Assembly: GCF_001447785.1 (NCBI RefSeq) | Contig: NW_015163107.1 | Location: forward strand, 711,326-775,325 | Direction of reading: 5' to 3' | Length of the DNA: 64,000 nucleotides | From: Gekko japonicus | Lineage: Eukaryota | Shown: positions 1 through 11,390 of the stretch, piece after piece | Numbering within the stretch: the first letter of the stretch is position 1 | Layout: each line of letters starts with the position of its first letter | Notes under the pieces: generated by a model | What the model saw: only the letters and a program-made list of their open reading frames with translations | Database searches by the model: none | Told to the model about the DNA's origin: nothing | Program-made: the position numbers and the translations under genes

Positions 1-77
1 AAAGATCATTTTGATATTCTTACTGAAATGACAGGTAATTTTAAAAATGCCCAACTCAGTACATGCAGATTACTCAC

Positions 78-329
78 CTCACTGTTGTGGCCCCTTAAAT
101 TAAAGTTGATTCTCTGGGGGGTGTTCCTGTCTCTTCTACAGTGGCTGGAGGTGAAGGTAACCCCTACAACTCCCCTGCCATTGCCTGTTGCCAGCCAGCC
201 TTCCTCATAATATCGCCTCCGGCACACAGGTTTCTCCTTTTCACTTTTAGGAACCCTGCCTTTCCAAGAGAGGCAGAGGATGTTGGAATCGCTGCAGAGA
301 ACAGGCCCATGCTCCACTGCTGCATACAT
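78..329 (-). CDS. TULP4: Tubby-related protein 4, first coding exon (codons 1-84); gene continues beyond the window start
   Basis: Translation MYAAVEHGPVLCSDSNILCLSWKGRVPKSEKEKPVCRRRYYEEGWLATGNGRGVVGVTFTSSHCRRDRNTPQRINFNLRGHNSE is the known TULP4 N-terminus; phase-0 donor GAG|GTGAGT at 78/77; ATG context AAAGCATGT (A at -3). Confidence 0.97.
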
Positions 330-2323
330 GCTTTGCTGTATTTTTCCCTTTTGACATAAGAAAGTACTATGTCTAGTGCAGAAAATGTAAATCAGTGTTT
401 TGTTTTATTGATAAGACCAAAAGTTTAGACAGATCAGAATACGAGGAAAGGGAGAGAAGGTCAGTTTTTATAAATATCCACCAAATGCATAGTGAAAAAT
501 TTCTCTATAAAAGATGATGACAGTTGGCTAAGAAAATGTAATAATTAAAAAAACCAAAACACATCAGGTTCATTTTGACTGAGTGTCAGTAGAGTGAGGG
601 TACACTTATCCTTTGGAGAAACAGCTACTTCAGAAGAGGCGTTCAAAGAAACGGCGAGCTGTCTTTTTGCTCAATTTGATATAGTCTTCGTACAGCCTGA
701 GATTTCCAGTATAGCATTATGCAATTCCAGAGACAAAGGTTTGCAGATGTGTAGGTTTCAAGTAACTTAAGGCTTTAAAAAGATTTCCTCCAGTTGGATT
801 TTCACACATACACATATAGGACATTCATGCATCTTTCCCCAAAGCTGCCCTCTGGCATATCTTCCCCACCAGACGAATTTCTGCTGCTAAAGCTGAAATA
901 GATTGCATAAAGGGAAAAAGGCACACAGACTGTGCGAGACCACAGACCAGAGCTTTGTGCAGTTAACAACGTGCCAGAACAGATGGGAAAACCCTCTCCA
1001 AACTTTACAGCTCACTATTCAACCCCAAGGTCTTTGCAATCCAAAGGCAGTCCCAGTTCCTTTGCAGCTGGTGGCTTCCCCACCATTTCCATTGGGGGTT
1101 CAGTTTATCACTTGGCTGCTTTCTTACCACTTGTTGCCGCTCATGAACACAAAAGCCCCTTTTCATTTAGCAGTATTTTTTTAAAATGTTCCAAAGAGTT
1201 TAAGCTTTTAAACCAGGTATGTTCACCTGAGGTGAACCATGAAGTCTCCTTCAAAACATTGGCCTGTTTCACACCTTTGACTTTTCCCTTTTTTCTGCTG
1301 GAACTCCCTTTTCATCCTCTTGTAAAAACAAGTACCAGATCGAAACACACATCAAGTAAGCAATTATTTGCAGATCTTGTAGGATTCAAGAAAGAATGGA
1401 AAACAGCCAATTAAAAATTGACATGGGAGCTGCACAGAAAATCCAACTTCTCCATCCTTCTACGGTTTTCTTTGATGTCTCCCTTGCTTGCTTTGTAAGC
1501 TCCTTCCTTACAGGTGCTTCTTTAGAGCACAGATTCATAATTCAAGCCACCACATTGGCAGCTCCTGAATGTGTTTCCTTTTAAGTGTTTCAGATGCTTT
1601 GAGTAATATTTATTACATCAAATGATTAGTCTTTGTACCATGTTACAAGAATAATGAAAATTAGGACATTCAGCTGGAAAACTCAACACAGGACAACATT
1701 TGAAAAAGTTCAGCTGTCAGATCTGTTCCACTGCAGCTGAACTCACTTTCTTCCAGTCATTACCACGCAATTAGTTTGTCACTATTTAATAGGCAAGCTC
1801 ATTGGATTTAACTGAAGTTTTCAGAGTTTAATGCAGAGAAGCACCAAGACTTGTGCATTATTCCTCTTTGACGTTTACAATCTCAATCTCCTCTTCATTC
1901 AGTCTGGGGTTTTTTTAGCTATAATTTCATAGAGGTATTTGTGTAGTTTATTCTGTGAGGAAGTCGTCTTTCTTCTTACATGTCTTGCAAAGTTTTTCTA
2001 CCTGCCTTGGACTGTATGGAAAGCTGACCACTAATACCAGGTGGTATTCCATGGGCTTTTGGTCCTTGTGCTGTCGGGATGCTCCGTCTGGTGCTTGAAT
2101 TATATCTCCATCAATTGCAAAAAAACCCCCAAAATCTCTAAAGTATGCAACTGTCAGTCTGTGTGGTTGCAAAACTGTGTTTGTGTATATTTACATACAT
2201 ACGGTATGCACAGGCTCTCTCTCAACTTGGCAATCAGGCTGCATCTGCCTGCTCAGTTTTAGCTATGGCAGTCTAGTAAGCCATCTGTCACTCAAAGTCG
2301 GGACTCCCTGGAAGCTTCCAATT
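330..2323 (-). other. TULP4: TULP4 5' UTR portion of a 2,246-nt exon (78-2323)
   Basis: Strong acceptor TAATTTTTGTTTTACAG|AATTGG at 2324/2323; no recognisable repeats in 330-2323; size agrees with the ~2.2 kb ATG-containing exon of mammalian TULP4. Confidence 0.8.
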
Positions 2324-5300
2324 CTGTAAAACAAAAATTAAAGAGTTATATTTATACATAGTGGAAAAGCAGGACTACATAACTATTTCATTTGGAGAAT
2401 ATGAAAGGGTAACTAGGGCAGCAATTCTCTTTCAGTACTCAGTACAGATGGTAAACTCTAAATTCTATCACTTCAATTAATCCAAATGATTTCAAGAGAT
2501 TTTTCAAAAGCTCCATACATTCAAAACTTATGCAATGAAGTCAGATTGAGTGTGGTAAAGGTAACACCAGCAGAAACAGCTTTATTTCAGCCTAGATGCT
2601 GGGATTAACATTTACATAAACAAAATGATACATCTCTCCTATAACTATGGGGAAAATTGGAAAGGATAAGATAGAATTGCTTCAGTGGAAAAACAGACAT
2701 ACAAATGCAGTGAGCATAGATTCTAAATAATGCATGTCTAGGAGTCTCCAGAAATGTATAAATGGGCTATCAACCTTCCAGCAGTGAATCTTGGGATCAA
2801 TACAACACAAAAGGAAAGGAGAGGACCAGAGATAATTACTTCAGACAGCAGAGAGCAGAAGACAAAATTCAGCTGTTCACTTCCCCATGGCAAAGTGTTT
2901 CTAAGAATTTGCTATCTTTCTGAAGATCCAACTTATTGGCTGCAAAAAAATTAAAGATCTTTTCCACATCATTCAACTGTAAGCACTGAATTCCATCAAA
3001 TCTGAATACTCCACTCTCCACTTATACCATTACTTGCTTACACCATCTGCTTTTTCATAATAGTAAATGAATTCACTCAAATATGCCTAGGATTAGAAAA
3101 GGGCACAATATTCCCATCTCTAATACGCATATATGTTCACAGTTTAATATAAAGAGGGGGAGAACAGCAAAAGGGTAGGAGTAATTTTCTGCAGTTGAAA
3201 CTGAGAAAATAATTCCTGAGCATCTCCATTTAACACACTGAAATAAAACTGATACAGATCAAACCAGGAAGATATGCCCATCACATCAGTTGACAGGTGC
3301 CATGCAAGATTCTCCCTGACCTCTTGCCTAAGAAGTCTGCACCACTTTCTTTAGAAGCAGAAGCACAGTGCTAGTCATCTTCTGCATTCCTCTTAAGAAT
3401 ACTATGGGTATGAATGATCACACTCACACATCCAATGCAAGTTTTCACTTCTTTGGTTTCCTTTCATCTACAATACAGAGGTCTGCTGCTGGCAGTCTAG
3501 CATTACACACTATCCCCAGTTCTGCAATACAACAATATAAACTACCATCCACTTATCCCTTTTTAGTTTCCCTTTTCAAGGCAATGAGGCTTGGAGAGTA
3601 ATTTCTTCATCTTAAAAAGCTAGGACTTAACATGCACTGAGAAACATGGAGATGCTGCCAGATTTTGACGGATTTTGAAGGATAAAAACTCAACAGAGGA
3701 ATGAATGTCTTTTTGCATGGCAGCCCCATGTTTCGTTTTTGTGAAGACACCATTACAACTGCAACAAAGTCATGTTCTTGAAACAAAAGAAGGTAGAATA
3801 ATGCACAAAAGGCACTCAAGTCTTTAACAGAATCTTGCCAGAAGATTAAAAATAAGTAGGCTAATTTTTATTCCCCCATCTAGTCTTAAAGAGTTCACGT
3901 GGTTAGGTAGAAGATGACCATCCTGGAAGGACTGGAAAACACTTTGTGAACAGCTTTCAGAACTATGAGATAGATCCAAACTGCTTCTTCTGATGAAAAA
4001 GGACTAGGAAAAAGGCTATGTTATGAATCATGGGACCTGCACGGAAAAATGCAATGTGAAATGTGGGCTATAATAAGGAGGCGATTGGGTGAGATTGAAA
4101 GAAAAGGAGGATTGGATCCAACCCTGTTTCCTCCTTCCCTCCAAAGATAGCCCAAACAAGGGGCAGCAAAAATCAGTGATATGTATGCCTTTGCACAATG
4201 TGTGACTAATTTAATTTTCCTCTCAGGAATTATTCATCTTTTCTTCAGATAAGTCTCCTTACATCAGTATTGTAGCACATCACGTGCTTGCAATACAACA
4301 TAAAACAATTTGACTCTGAAGCTGCTCAAGCACTAAGAGCCAAAGCATTGCAGAGTATGGAATTTTGGAGCAGAGACGAAGTTTCAAGTACCTGCTGAGT
4401 TGTGAAGTCTATAAATGGGCTAGGACAAGTCACCACCTGTCAGCATACCCCATTTATTTAAAAAACAAAGGAATAACAACCACCTATCTTCAAAGGCTGC
4501 TGTGACACATAAGACAAAGCTGCAAACAAAGATTTAAGATTCTCCTATTCTCAATTTATACCCTACAACATGCCACAGGGAATGAAGATCCTTAGCTAGG
4601 AAGAGAATTTATATATCAAATTTTCAGCAAGAAATAGGCTTAGAGAGGATTGGGGATTTAGGATAATAAAGGGATTGTGAGTCAGAGTAGAAAATTTGGC
4701 TGTGGTTGAACAGTTGTTGCACCTAGTATGTATGCCCTCCTGAGCTCCTTGGAGGAAAAATGGGATAAAAATGAGACATATCAAAAGGCAGATAAATGGA
4801 TATGTGGGAGTGGAATTGGCAATACAGTGCTTTGTAACGGTTACAGAGCCTTCATTCAAAAGGAAGGAGGATGAGACAGTATTAATCTTGCCTCTCCTGT
4901 GGCAAAACTTTTTGTTCAATTCTCAAACACTCTATAGGAGGCAAGCATACTGATCAATGGTTACTAATAAGTTTTTAATGGGAAAGACGGTTTTCATAAC
5001 TTCCTGAGGTATTCTGTAGGGCTAAATCTGCAGTGTGCACACTGTGGTTTCTTTGAGATTTGTGCTTTCAGGCACCTCAATGTGTAATTCTTATGAGACC
5101 ATACCAAGAATGCCATTCCCAGCAAAGCCAGCTGCAGATCTGAAAGGTACCCATGTTACTATGGTCCCTCCCTAGAAAGGCTGTGCAGTATAAGTATCCT
5201 AGACTGCTACAGTTTGGACTTGACAGTCTAGAATTTTTAAGATGCTCATCAGATAACTTCAAAACTATACCTCTATATTATATAACTGTTATTCCTTACT

Positions 5301-6289
5301 CTGTCCCTTCAAACCCCAAATTGAATATCCATAAATGAGCACAGGTACATTTAGGCAAAGTGCCTCTCATACAGGTTTCTTGCCTCTGCAATCCCCCTGC
5401 CAAGTGAAACGCTGGCAAAAAGTTAGAGACCTCGTTTTTGGTACGACACAAGAACCCACAGTGCTTACAAATTATCAACAGCTGGCTGGCACTGTTCAGA
5501 GGAATCCCACACAGTCACTTTTTGACATCAACTATCAATCTCATGACTGATCCCCACTAAAGACTCCTGGCTTTGGGCTTGTCTCCAGGATGGGGAAAAA
5601 ATAGACATATATTCTGTACATCTGTCTTTACAGTTTACTCAGTAACTACTTGTTTATTTCTCTTGTCAGCCAAAAGCAGCCATTCTGGTAGATAAAAAGG
5701 AAGTAAAGGATGCTTGTGTGTTCCTGGCACTCAGTGATTACTGGCAGTCTAGAAAATCATACATTTACTTTTGAGAGAGGGGACAATCCACTTGCCACTG
5801 AAAATGATCAGCGAATCTCATATCTGTCATGTTTCAGGATTGTGACCTGAAATTAACAAATGTACATATTTAGGGTTGAAGGATTAGGTTCTGTGCAAAA
5901 GAGATATTACATGCAACAATAAAAAATCGTACTTCTTCCCAGATATACTTTTCCCTCGTATACTCCATGGGACTAACAGTCAATACCCTATTTAATTCCC
6001 ATTCCCACGGAATGTTATGCTGTTGGCAATAATCCACTCAGCTAATTGGTTTGATAACAGACAAATTCCACCTCAAGAAACTAAAAACAAAGTATTTGAG
6101 AATTTCAATAATAAATCATTCTAAACAATAACATAACAAAACCTCAAACAATAAAACTATCACATAAAACTGATAAATTAAACATCATCAGAAAAACCTA
6201 ACATACAGTTTATATTAACCTCCAGAGGACGGGAATTCTACAACAGTGGAGTCTGACCCACACGGACTCAAGCATGGTGTGCATCAGCG

Positions 6290-6570
6290 ATGGCATTTTG
6301 AGCCAGCCCTCAATGGTAGGGAATAAGAAGACATGTATGGGAGAAAACACTCACTTTGGTAATCTGGACCCAGACTATCTGGGGTTTATAAAGGCCAAAA
6401 CCAGCACCTTGATATTGGGAAGCCAATAAAGTTGTCGGAGCATTGATAGTAGGTGCCCCGCTTGTTCACACCCTGGCAAGTGGGGAAAGCATTGACATTA
6501 CTGGATTACCTTTAAAGCAGCCCCATATATAGCACATTACAGTCTAATCTGGAAATACCGAAGGCATGGA
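6290..6570 (-). mobile_element. Old degraded L2 LINE 3' fragment
   Basis: Motifs CCAGCACCTTGA, GCAGCCCCAT and ATTACAGTCTAATCTGGA shared with the younger L2 copies in the window. Confidence 0.55.
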
Positions 6571-6605
6571 TAGTACCAGCCAAATATCTTTATGCCAGTA
6601 GTTGT

Positions 6606-6725
6606 CAATGTTCCCTCTAAGCTCCACAGTGTTGTGAGCAAAAATTCTACCTCATGAGAGAAAAAACCAGTAGCATTAAAGTTGTGAGTGAGTCTACATA
6701 TGACCAGCACCTAAATTAGTTTTTT
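6606..6725. mobile_element. Truncated hAT MITE (CAATGTTCCCTCTAAGCT family)
   Basis: Same left terminus and internal GTGAGC motifs as the complete copy at 32993-33198. Confidence 0.6.
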
Positions 6726-6859
6726 TAGATTATTTCCATAACTTTTTTAAAAACTCAGAATGAATTCTTTTAAACTATATTTTAAGAATGAGTCAAACAT
6801 TATAAGAGAGAACAGAATCAAGTCAAATTTCATTACAGAAAATGTTGTCCTCTGTGGGG

Positions 6860-6978
6860 GTAGACCAAACCTCTAGAGAACAGGTCTATCTTCCTCTTTC
6901 CACTATATTGGTAGATCTGGCCTCCAAAGAACAGGTCTACGTGCCCCAGTCCACTACATTAGTAGACCCAGCCTCAGA
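6860..6978. repeat. Degenerate 51-bp tandem repeat, ~2.3 copies
   Basis: GTAGAY at 6860, 6911, 6962; AGAACAGGTCTA and TCCACTA recur at 51-bp spacing. Confidence 0.7.
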
Positions 6979-7074
6979 CTGTCACCCTGTGCTGAACCTC
7001 AGAAAACATACCAACACGGGGGGAGACGGGACTCTTGCAGTCTACTTTGGGTTGTGGGTTTTTTTCGTGAAATA

Positions 7075-7220
7075 TTTTTAAAAAACTTTTATTTGATTTT
7101 CACTAATATATAGGACATTTTGGGAAGCGAAGGATATGGAGAAGGGGATAAGATATAAAGGAAAATTTCACATCAAGCTTATATAATAGCTGTTACAATG
7201 CAATTTCCATCTTAAATCCA
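7075..7220 (-). mobile_element. Probable L1 3' UTR end
   Basis: Minus strand ends ...AAATCAAATAAAAGTTTTTTAAAAA (polyA signal plus A-rich tail). Confidence 0.4.
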
Positions 7221-7314
7221 GATGACAACAGCCACCATTGTCCAGGTCCTTGCCAAGCTATTAGATGTTGATTTAGCGCTGATGTTGGTACTAGTATTGG
7301 TATTGGGGCCAGAG

Positions 7315-8068
7315 TCACGGCATTAGCGGTGGCACCCTAACCGTAGCCTGGTGGAAGAGCTTCGTTTTACAGGCCCTGCGGAACTGTAAAAGATCCCACA
7401 TAGCCCTGATGTCCTCCAGGAGCTCATTCCACCTATACGGGGCCACCACAGAGATGGCCCTGGCCCTCGTCACAGCTAGCCTGGCTTCTTTAGGACCTGG
7501 AAGGGCCAAACGGTGTTGGGACCCCGATCTTAGTGCTCTCTGGGGAATATGTAAGGAAAGGCGGTCCCTTAGGTAAGTAGGTCCCTGACCATATAGGGCT
7601 TTAAAGGCAAGAACCAGCACCTTGAACCGAATCCGTTATGCTATAGGCAGCCAGTGCAGTGGTTTTAGGGCAGGCTGGATGTGCTCCCGCATAGGGAGAC
7701 ACAACAACAGCCTTGCTGCTGCATTCTGCACCAGCTGCAGCTTCTGAATTTGGGACAAGGGCAGCCCCATGTAGAGAGCATTGCAGTAATCCAATCTCGA
7801 GGTGACCATCAAGGAAGGGAACCAACGGCTTAATCAGCCGCAGATGGTAAAAGGCAGACTTCGCAGTGGCTGCTACCTGGGCCTCCATCATTAAGGAGGC
7901 ATCCAGGAGCACTCCCCAAATCCTAACCTCCAGCGCTGGCACCAATGGTGCCCCATCAAAGGTCGGGAGAGGGATCCCTAACCTTGGCCCACTCCGACTC
8001 AGACACAGGACCTCCATCTTTGTCGGATTCAATTTCAATCAACTCAGTCTAAGCCAACCAGCCATGGT
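7315..8068 (-). mobile_element. L2 LINE 3' fragment (RT C-terminal region, disrupted)
   Basis: LKLNPTKMEVL...GVLLDASL...AFYHLRLI and VLAFKALYGQGPTYLRDRL peptides typical of L2 ORF2. Confidence 0.9.
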
Positions 8069-8490
8069 ATAAAAGCAATATATACTACTCAATCTGCAAA
8101 AATTATAATAAATGGTGATATAACCCAAAATATTAATAAATAAAAAGGCACGAGCCAAGGCTGTCCATTATCACCATTATTATTAATATTTACTTTAGAA
8201 ACGTTGAATGACTTAATACGTGAAAATAATCAGGTAAGAGGTCTTAATATAAAAAACAAGGAATTTAAACGACAAGCATTTGCCGATGACCTGGTTTTTA
8301 TAGTGGAAAAACCAATAACGTCTTTACCCTATCTCATAGAAACAGTCCAAGACTATGGGCAAATAGCAAGTCTTAAAATAAATTATAAAAAGACAAATAT
8401 ACTAACAAAAATTGTACACAGAAACAAGGAGAACAAATACAAAAATTAACATCTATGGAAATAGCTTAAAAAGTCAAATATTTAGGCATA
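8069..8490 (+). mobile_element. L1 LINE ORF2 reverse-transcriptase fragment
   Basis: A-rich strand; QGCPLSP motif near 8156-8176 and AFADDLVFIVEKP...LKINYKKT. Confidence 0.88.
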
Positions 8491-8492
8491 AT

Positions 8493-8690
8493 CAGGGCTC
8501 TCATTCAGCCGGAGCCCTCCGGCACGGCGCTCCGGAAGAGACCCGGGGGGGCAATCACATGGTGAAGCCCCGCCCCCTTCTTCACGCCACCCTCTACTTC
8601 CCGGCCGCGTGGAGCGGCCGGGAGGAGGCCCTCACCTCCCCCACCCCCGACATCTCCCCCCAGTTTGCTTGAGGGTGGCAAAACAAGTAG
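8493..8690. mobile_element. CpG-rich truncated DNA-transposon (hAT-like) fragment
   Basis: Starts CAGGGCT; abrupt GC/CpG rise; second terminus not found. Confidence 0.45.
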
Positions 8691-10217
8691 TCACAGACTT
8701 CTTCCCTGATTCTACAGAGGTTTTGCGGTTGATGCCGAGGCTGGTTTAGCCCAGATGGCTAAAGCTATGTCCTGTATCCCTTGCAACAGTGGGAGCACTA
8801 CAGGGCCCGAGGTGAGGCTGTACAAAACCTTCATTATATAGTCGGATGGTTGCAGCTCTGAAGCATTAAACTCTAGACCCAAGGCTTTCACCATTCGGAT
8901 CAACTGTTCCATATACATCTTAAGGTCCTCTGTTGGGGAGGAAGCCAATGGGTCAGTGACCATATCTTCTGGAGTGGTCTCTGAGTTTGCTTCTGAAATT
9001 TGGTAGAGTGCGTCCTTGGAATTGGAACCGTAATGGGGGGAACCCACGCCAGAGTGGTATTGGTGCCAGTGGTCCTGTCTGGATCTTGTGGAAGATTTTA
9101 CAGGTTGCCATGGGTATCAAGCCTGTGGGGGTGCCCACTGTGCCCACTGCAGTGGCATCATGAATGGAAACAGGCCCCATGGATTTTGCTGAGACGGCCA
9201 CTGATTCAGTGGCTGTATATCTGGTTGCCCTTTGCCTTGTGATGCTGGTAGGCCCATGGGAGGCACCTAAAAAACCTCATCTTCTGAGGAATCTGAGGAC
9301 CTTGATACCCTTCTTGATGGGGAGAGCATCTTCGGATGCAAACATGAGGCAACATCGAGCCCCAATGGTGAACTGTAGTGCCAGGGTGATTTTGATTTGA
9401 AGATCATTGGTGTCGATGCTCAGCTCCAAGTAGAGATTGATCATCGGAGTCAGGGTGGGGAGGATTGATGACCTAGACTGGGTGAGCTACAATTCCATGG
9501 TGATAGAGATCATCGATTCTGAGGGGGGCTTGAACAGCACCGACACAACAGCAATCTGGCTGGACTGTAATATGAGGGTTTGGTTCTCTTTTTAGCCTTT
9601 TTCTGAAGCAGTTTGAACACCAATCTCAGGGCAGAGACTTGAGTTTGTGGCTCTGATAATGAGGGTGTCACCAAATGGGCTCTTGCACCCTTATCCATTT
9701 GGGCCTGTTTGGGCCCGTTTTTCCCCGTGGGGATCCAGGGAGCCCAGAGCTTTCCCCCAAAGTGCAGCTTTAAGTCTTGCCACTCTCCCCCCATGTGCCT
9801 TAGGAGTAAGGTGTCTACAAACTGGGCATGTCGCTGTATTGTGGCCCTCTCCCAGACACAGGGGATATGAGGAATGATAATCACTTGGGGCCATTTTGCT
9901 TTGCACTCCCCACACTTCTTAAATAGAGCTGTCCTATCGATTTGTAGGTGAAAGTCTTCACTGTTCTCTGTGGAAAAACCTTGTTGTTTTATTCCTGAGG
10001 CCCCACGAAGCAGCCGCTTAGAAGCACATCCTCTCTTCATGGTGGCAAGGAATGCTCACTGTGCCTGTCCTGTGACACTTTGGGCGAGAAAGAGGGGAGG
10101 GGGAGCACTCCAGAGCCTAGAAGCTTCTTCAGAAAAGCTCGGAAGCTCTTCTCCATAGCTGGCCTGCAATCATGCAGTCCCCATGTGTGCCTGCACAGAA
10201 ACCACAATAATGAACAA
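8690..10217 (-). mobile_element. DIRS1-type tyrosine-recombinase retrotransposon, 5' terminus plus disrupted gag
   Basis: FKKCGECKAK / DYHSSYPLCLGEGHNTATCPVC / RVARLKAALWGKAL zinc-finger region and EDLKMYMEQLIRMVKALGL...LPLLQGIQDIALAIWAKP (LAP2alpha-like DIRS gag); terminus TTGTTCATTATTGTGGTTTCTGTGCAGGCACACATGGG. Confidence 0.8.
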
Positions 10218-10389
10218 ATCATCTCACCATCATCAATTCTATCTTGTCTAGATTGGGCTTCAATTCCTCCAGCCTTATTCCATCTATAACATCCTGTAAC
10301 CTCTGAATCAGAATACCAGATCATCACCTCAATCAGGTGGAAAGGAGACACAGAGTTAGGTGACAATAATGTCCTCTAACAATGTCCTC

Positions 10390-11100
10390 TAACGATGAGA
10401 CTGTAACCCAAATCTATAGATGACCTCTTCTAGAAGCTTTATATAAATGTTAAACAGTGAGTCAACAAATCTGAACCCTATGGTATACTACAGGATAAAT
10501 GTCACAAAGAGGAACAGTATATCCCCCTACAGTATCACCTTCTGGGATCTGCTCCCAGGAAGGACTAGAACTACCTCAAAACAGTGTCCATAGACCCAAA
10601 CCACTCCAAGATGTCCCAGAAGGATATGATGGTTGATGAAAGAGTCAAGACAATTCACAGAGTCAAAATCAGAGACTTTCACCAAGCCACCAAGTTCAAG
10701 GCAACCACCGAAGTTGTCTCAGTCCTAAAACCTAGTCTAGAATCTGTTCAAAATGGACTAATATTTAGCTTCATTCAGAAATGTATAGAGTTGGTCCACC
10801 ACAAAAAATGGTAAATCAGACACCAACCTACAGCAGGTAAGGTCAGTCTAGTTTAGGGCCAATTTTTTAAATGGAAGCCTAGCTACTGCCTCTTTCAAAT
10901 GCAGAGGTACCAATCTTTTGGATAAAGATGAATTGACTACATAACTGACTGAGGCAGTCAATTTCTCATGGATAGTTATCAACATTCTTCTGGACAACAC
11001 TGTGCACTGCAGACTCACAGTGCCAGTGCTGGGTACTAACCAAGGTTCAGCCAGAGCTTGCTCTGTAAACGTGAGTTTGAAATGGAGATGAATATCTGAC
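10390..11100 (-). mobile_element. Old L2 LINE RT fragment
   Basis: VNSSL...PLHLKEAVARLPFKKLALN aligns with LKEAVVVLLLKKPSLD of the L2 at 25501. Confidence 0.7.
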
Positions 11101-11189
11101 ACACAAGCAGTAAACATTCATTCAACTTGACTGCCATGTACAATGTACAGTGGTTCTTGCAAAGAACTAGTCAGAGAACATAATTATAT

Positions 11190-11390
11190 TTAGAACCATA
11201 GATTTGGAAGAGGCCTTATAAGTCACTGCATGCAGCCCACCTCCTCCCATGAAGGAAATCCAAAAACTAGAGCATCCCTGAGAGATGGCTATCCAGCCGG
11301 TTCTTGAAAACCTCCAGCAAGAAAGAGCCCACCCCTACACTCTAATTGCTCCGTTGTCAAACTACTCGTACAATTAGGAAGTTTCTAACA
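11190..11390 (-). mobile_element. CR1 LINE 3' end
   Basis: AGAACCATAGATTTGGAAGAGGCC...GATGGCTATCCAGCC...AAAACCTCCAG, reverse complement of the CR1 3' terminus. Confidence 0.75.

Noticed and set aside
6-77. C-terminal part of the 107-aa ORF (VSNLHVLSWAFLKLPVISVRISK)
   Set aside because: Intron read-through past the GTGAGT donor; does not match TULP4
932-1414. 160-aa plus-strand ORF antisense to the TULP4 leader
   Set aside because: Non-ATG start, no recognisable homology or splice context
6860-6978. Repeat-spacer (CRISPR-like) array
   Set aside because: Eukaryotic DNA, degenerate whole-unit repeats, no unique spacers
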